Origin: Azolla caroliniana
Lineage: Eukaryota; Plantae; Polypodiophyta
DNA: 64,000 nt
Direction: 5' to 3'
Assembly (NCBI GenBank): GCA_043228905.1
Contig: JBHGNT010000022.1
Location: 744,001-808,000, forward strand
Shown: in pieces, positions 59,601 through 64,000 of the stretch
Numbering within the stretch: the stretch's first letter is position 1
How the letters are laid out: every line of letters starts with the position of its first letter
Program-made: the position numbers and the translations under genes
The notes under the pieces: model-generated
Seen by the model: the letters and a program-made list of their open reading frames with translations, nothing else
The model's database searches: none
Told to the model about the DNA's origin: nothing

Positions 59601-62600
59601 ATGGTCGACTCATTCGAGCAATGGCGTCATTTTCTAGAAGGATCACCTCATCAAATTATCATTTATAGTGATCACAAAAATCTCACATATTTTCAAACTG
59701 CTCTAGTATTAAATAGATGCCAAGCTCGGTGAGCCCAATTTCTAACGCGTTTCGATTTCAAGATCATTTTTCGCCCCGAAAAACAACAAGGGAAAGCAGA
59801 TGCTTTGTCTCGGCGTTCGTATCTAGCACTTCAACCTGGAGATCCGGCCTTTGACAATCAAAAGCAAATTCTCCTCGGGCTATCAAAGCTACAGGTAACA
59901 ACAATTTATGCCACACCACTTGATTCTACCCTTCTTGACACTATTCGGCAACAACTTCATTAAGATGATTTCGCTAAGGATGTCTTAGCCCACTGTGGTT
60001 CAAGTCGTCCATCTTGCTCCACATTGCCAGGGTCATCTCAACATTATTAGGACTTCAAGTGGCAAGATGGCTTACTCTTCTACAAGAATCTCCTTTATGT
60101 CCCCGATGGATCACCCTGACTTCAAGTGTTGGAACATTGTCATGATGCCCCCATGGCTGGACATTTTGGTATTTCCAAGACCATTGAGCTGGTGAAACGT
60201 TCGTTTTGGTGGCCTCACTTGCAAAAATTTGTCGAAGATTATGTTTGCACTTGTGACACTTGCTATCGTGCCAAAATACCTCGGCATCACCCTTATGGCT
60301 TACTACAACCATTACCCCCTCCCAACAAGCCATGGCAGTCTATTTCTATGGATTTCATTACGGATCTGCCACCTTCCAAAGGTTTTGATACTATTTTAAC
60401 AGTAGTGGATCGGTTCACCAAGATGACACATTTTGTACCATGTGTAAAGACCATCAATAGTGAAGAAACTCCAGATCTCATTATGCGTGAAGTGTTTCGC
60501 CATCATGGTCTCCCGAATGATATTATTAGCGATCGAGGTCCTCAATTTATCTCACACTTTTGGAAGCACCTATGGGCAGGCCTCAAAATCTCTTGCAAAC
60601 TCTCTTCGGCTTATCATCCACAAACTGACGGACAAATAGAGCGCACAAATCAAACGCTCAAGCAATATCTTCGATGTTTCATTAGTTATCAACAAGATGA
60701 TTGGAGTAATATTTTACATCTTGCCGAGTTTGCATACAACAACACGGTCCACTCTTCTACCAAAGTTACACCTTTCTTTGCCTACACTAGAAACCACCCT
60801 CGATGATGTATACTGAATCTTCCCGAGGTGTCATGAAACCCTAGTGCGGCGCATCACCTCCACCGACTACAACAAATCCAGTTCGAGTTATCGTCACATC
60901 TTCAGAAAGCGCAAGCACACCATAAGACCAATGCCGATTGACATTGTCTTAAGTCTCCATTTAAGGTTGGTGACCGTGTATGGTTGCTTCGTCGTCACAT
61001 CAAGACTACCCGACCATGTGCTAAGCTTGACTATCAACACTTAGGTCCTTTTGTCATCACGGCGCAGATTAATGATGCAACATTTCGTCTTAACCTCCCT
61101 GCACATATGCGGCTTCACCTTGTCTTTCATAGCTCTCTTTTGGAACCTTGCCGCACCTCTTTAATTCCTAATCGTGTCGTGCCACCACTGCCTTCTGTAC
61201 AACTTGTGGACGACCCCGAATACGAGAATACGAGGTAGCTGCTATTCTCGATTCTAAGATTGTGCGCAATAAGCTTTATTATCTAGTTGATTGGCTTGGC
61301 TATCCTCTGAATGATCACACTTGGGAACCCATTGATAACGTTTGTAATGCTGAAGCTCTGGTCAACGACTTCCATCGTCACTATCCAAACAAGCCTGGCC
61401 CAACAATGTTAACACCGACTTCCACTCGGCGTTCTCGAAAGAGGGATAGTGTCATGAACACATGACCATTATGGCGTCACCCGGACTTGAACCTTGAACC
61501 TTGAACCTTGTAATCCATACTTGAAAACCTCAACCATTAAGATAGCTTATTGTTATATGAAACAATAAAAGCTACTTCTTATATTACATTGATTATTGTA
61601 AAACCTCTAGATTATTCTAGAATGTTCTAGAATGTCCTAGAGCATTCTAGGTCTAGAACATTCTAGAACATTCTAGAAATCTCTAAGCTATTCTATAGGA
61701 ACCTATAAATAAGGGCATACATGTATTCTCAAATCAATTCGAATCGACACCAATCTTTAGCTCTCATTACATATCTTGTATCCATTCTCTTTCTTTCTCT
61801 ATCTTATACATCCATTCTTCTCTTAGTATTTCGTTCCTTTCTTCTCGTGTTCTCTAATATCCTTCTTCCATCACTCTATCTTTTATCCTTGGTTCTGACA
61901 GTATCCTGATGACAGTTATTTCGCAAAATACTGGGCAAGAGTTGAGTCTGGAACAGACACCACCACATCCTCGAAGGAATACTTCCACATTGCTAACGGT
62001 ATGCTCTACCGTAATGGGAAGGTTTGTGTTCCAGATTTGCCTGAGGTCAAAAAGAGAATTCTTTTTGCATGCCATGATGCACCCTCAGCAGGGCACCCTG
62101 GAATACATCGTACACTCGTTCTCATCTCCACTCAATTTTATTGGCCTAGGATGTGCCCTGACATACATAGCTATGTGACTAAATGTCACCAATGTCAGGT
62201 TAACAAAGCCAAGAGACTTAAAGCCGCAAGACTTTTACATCCCTTGGACATTCCCAACAATAAGTGGAAAAGTATATCCATGGATTTTATTGTTAGAATT
62301 CCTCGCACCCAAAAAGGCCATGATGCCATCTGGGTTGTGGTTGATCGACTAACTAAAATGGCCAAATTTATTGCTACTAAAACCATGGTAACAGCTCTTG
62401 AATTGTCTTACCAATTCGTTGACGAGTTATCTCGTTTTTATGGCTTACCGATGGATATTGTGAGTGATCGAGATCCAAAGTTTACTAGTGACTTCTGGAC
62501 GCAAGTCTTTAAGAAGTTAGAAACTACGTTGAGCATGAGCTCCACGGATCATCCTGAATCCGATGGACAGACAGAACGAGTAAATCAAATTATTGAGGAC

Positions 62601-63802
62601 ATGCTTCGAGCATATGTTGGTGCAAAACCAACAAAATGGGAACGTTATCTCCCAATTTTTGAGTTTGCTTATAACAACTCCAAGCATACGTCGACGGGAT
62701 ATAGTCCTTTTATGTTGATGTATGGTTTTTAGCCACGAGCCCCGATTGATGTTAGTATACATCATGATGAGTTGCGAAGTACGCAAAACTTTCTTCGGGA
62801 TATGCAAGATATGTTGCATATTGCACGAGATAATATAAAAACAGCTCAAGATAGAGCGCGTTTTTACGCCGATCATCATAGGCAACCTTGTGTATTCAAC
62901 CCTGGACAGAAGGTATTTTTTCGTGTACCTCACAATTCTAAGACATTGTCTACGGGTAAGTGCGCTAAGTTAGCCCCACGGTTTTGTGGACCTTTTACAG
63001 TCCTCAAATGCATTGGTTCATCAACCTATCGTCTCGCTCTTCCCGATGGTGTTGGAATTCATCCAGTCTTTCATGTGAGTCGTCTAAAAGAACTTCTAGG
63101 TTCTGGCGACAATACAGTTACAACTGAAACTTTGGTTACTTCTGAAGAATTATCTTCTAAACCACATGTCCCAGAAAGAATTCTCGATGTTAAAACAAAA
63201 AAATTACGTACTAAAGAAATCCAAGAATTTAAAATAAAATGGATGGATAAATCAATAAAAGATGCCAGCTGGGAACGTGAAAATACTCTCAGAACTAACT
63301 TCCCTAACTTTCCATTGCAAGAGTGCAATGTTTTAAAGAGGGGGAGTATGTTACGGGCATGACCATATAATATCCCGTGGTGAGAATTACCGTAGTATTC
63401 TATACACGTGGATAAGTGTGAGGGTTAAATGAGAGTGTAGAGAAGGGGAGGATTACTTTTAAATCCTCGGGATTGAGACAACCCATTAGGCCAAGTGTGA
63501 ACTTGCCTGGGGGCCTTGGGTATCGCTATAAATAAGAGGCCTAGCTACCCTCATTTGACCAGCTAGTTAACTACGTTGAGACTCTGTCTTGTGGTGGGTC
63601 AACTCTTGTAGCAAGCGCGCCAACCCTAGGTACGACTCGACGCCACGACGGTGGTATGGGACGTCGATCGAGGCTCGAGTCTGTCTCGATCCCTTCGCTC
63701 GGGGGTGGTCGGGTGGATCGACACCCTTCTTTTTGTCTCCTTTCTTTCTATCTACCTTGATCTATCCTTATCTAATGCTTACTTTAGTACATGTCTCTAA
63801 TA
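51114..63802 (+). mobile_element. Ty3/Gypsy chromovirus, tRNA-Met primed, full length, degenerate
   Basis: LTRs 51114-51570 and 63349-63802; TSD GTAGG; PBS TGGTATCCGAGCC at 51573; PPT AAAGAGGGGGAG. Gag ~53209-54100 (CVFCKKKGHTKEQC), protease FLFDSGSS, RT FLDD, RNase H, integrase 62001-62732, chromodomain ~63165-63300. Confidence 0.95.
56144..61900 (+). mobile_element. Tcn1/Tf1-sushi-like chromovirus (copy T2), nested in the previous element
   Basis: LTRs 56144-56569 and 61450-61900; TSD GTATC. Gag 56638-57801, protease LLDTGAN, RT YLDD, RNase H, integrase 60126-60806, chromodomain ~61220-61400; protein-level homolog of T1. Confidence 0.96.
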
Positions 63803-63879
63803 GTAGGGGTGACTACACTTGGTTGTGGTACCATCACAATGTTTTTTCATCCACATTTATTTACATAATTATGTGTTTT

Positions 63880-63883
<4 letters not shown>

Positions 63884-63961
<78 letters not shown>
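63884..63961 (+). repeat. (GA)n microsatellite
   Basis: Pure GA run. Confidence 0.98.
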
Positions 63962-63963
<2 letters not shown>

Positions 63964-64000
63964 AAGGCTACCACGAATCTTAAAATGAGGGGAATAAAAC

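Overview
Repeat-rich land-plant nuclear DNA; a non-seed plant such as a fern is inferred from the retroelement types and is not proven. It contains one host gene, a 13-exon plastid 3-ketoacyl-ACP synthase II (KASII/FAB1, 35414-41580, +, ~572 aa, one GC-AG intron). The rest is mostly nested LTR retrotransposons, whose boundaries and target-site duplications (TSDs) I read by eye: four Ty1/Copia copies, two Tcn1/Tf1-like chromoviruses, one tRNA-Met-primed chromovirus, a young intact GC-rich non-chromodomain Gypsy, about eight solo LTRs, a hAT-type MITE, a LINE remnant and a minisatellite. Main observations: (1) tRNA-like Pol III A-box/B-box modules sit antisense and upstream of the TATA box in five different LTR sequences. 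(2) The intact Gypsy uses a tRNA-Trp PBS and a GGAUUUU + pseudoknot -1 frameshift, and has a 4-bp TSD centred on CpG, as do two solo-LTR-like inserts. (3) Both Tcn1-like elements have co-varying self-priming signals, heat-shock-element arrays and a frameshift stem.
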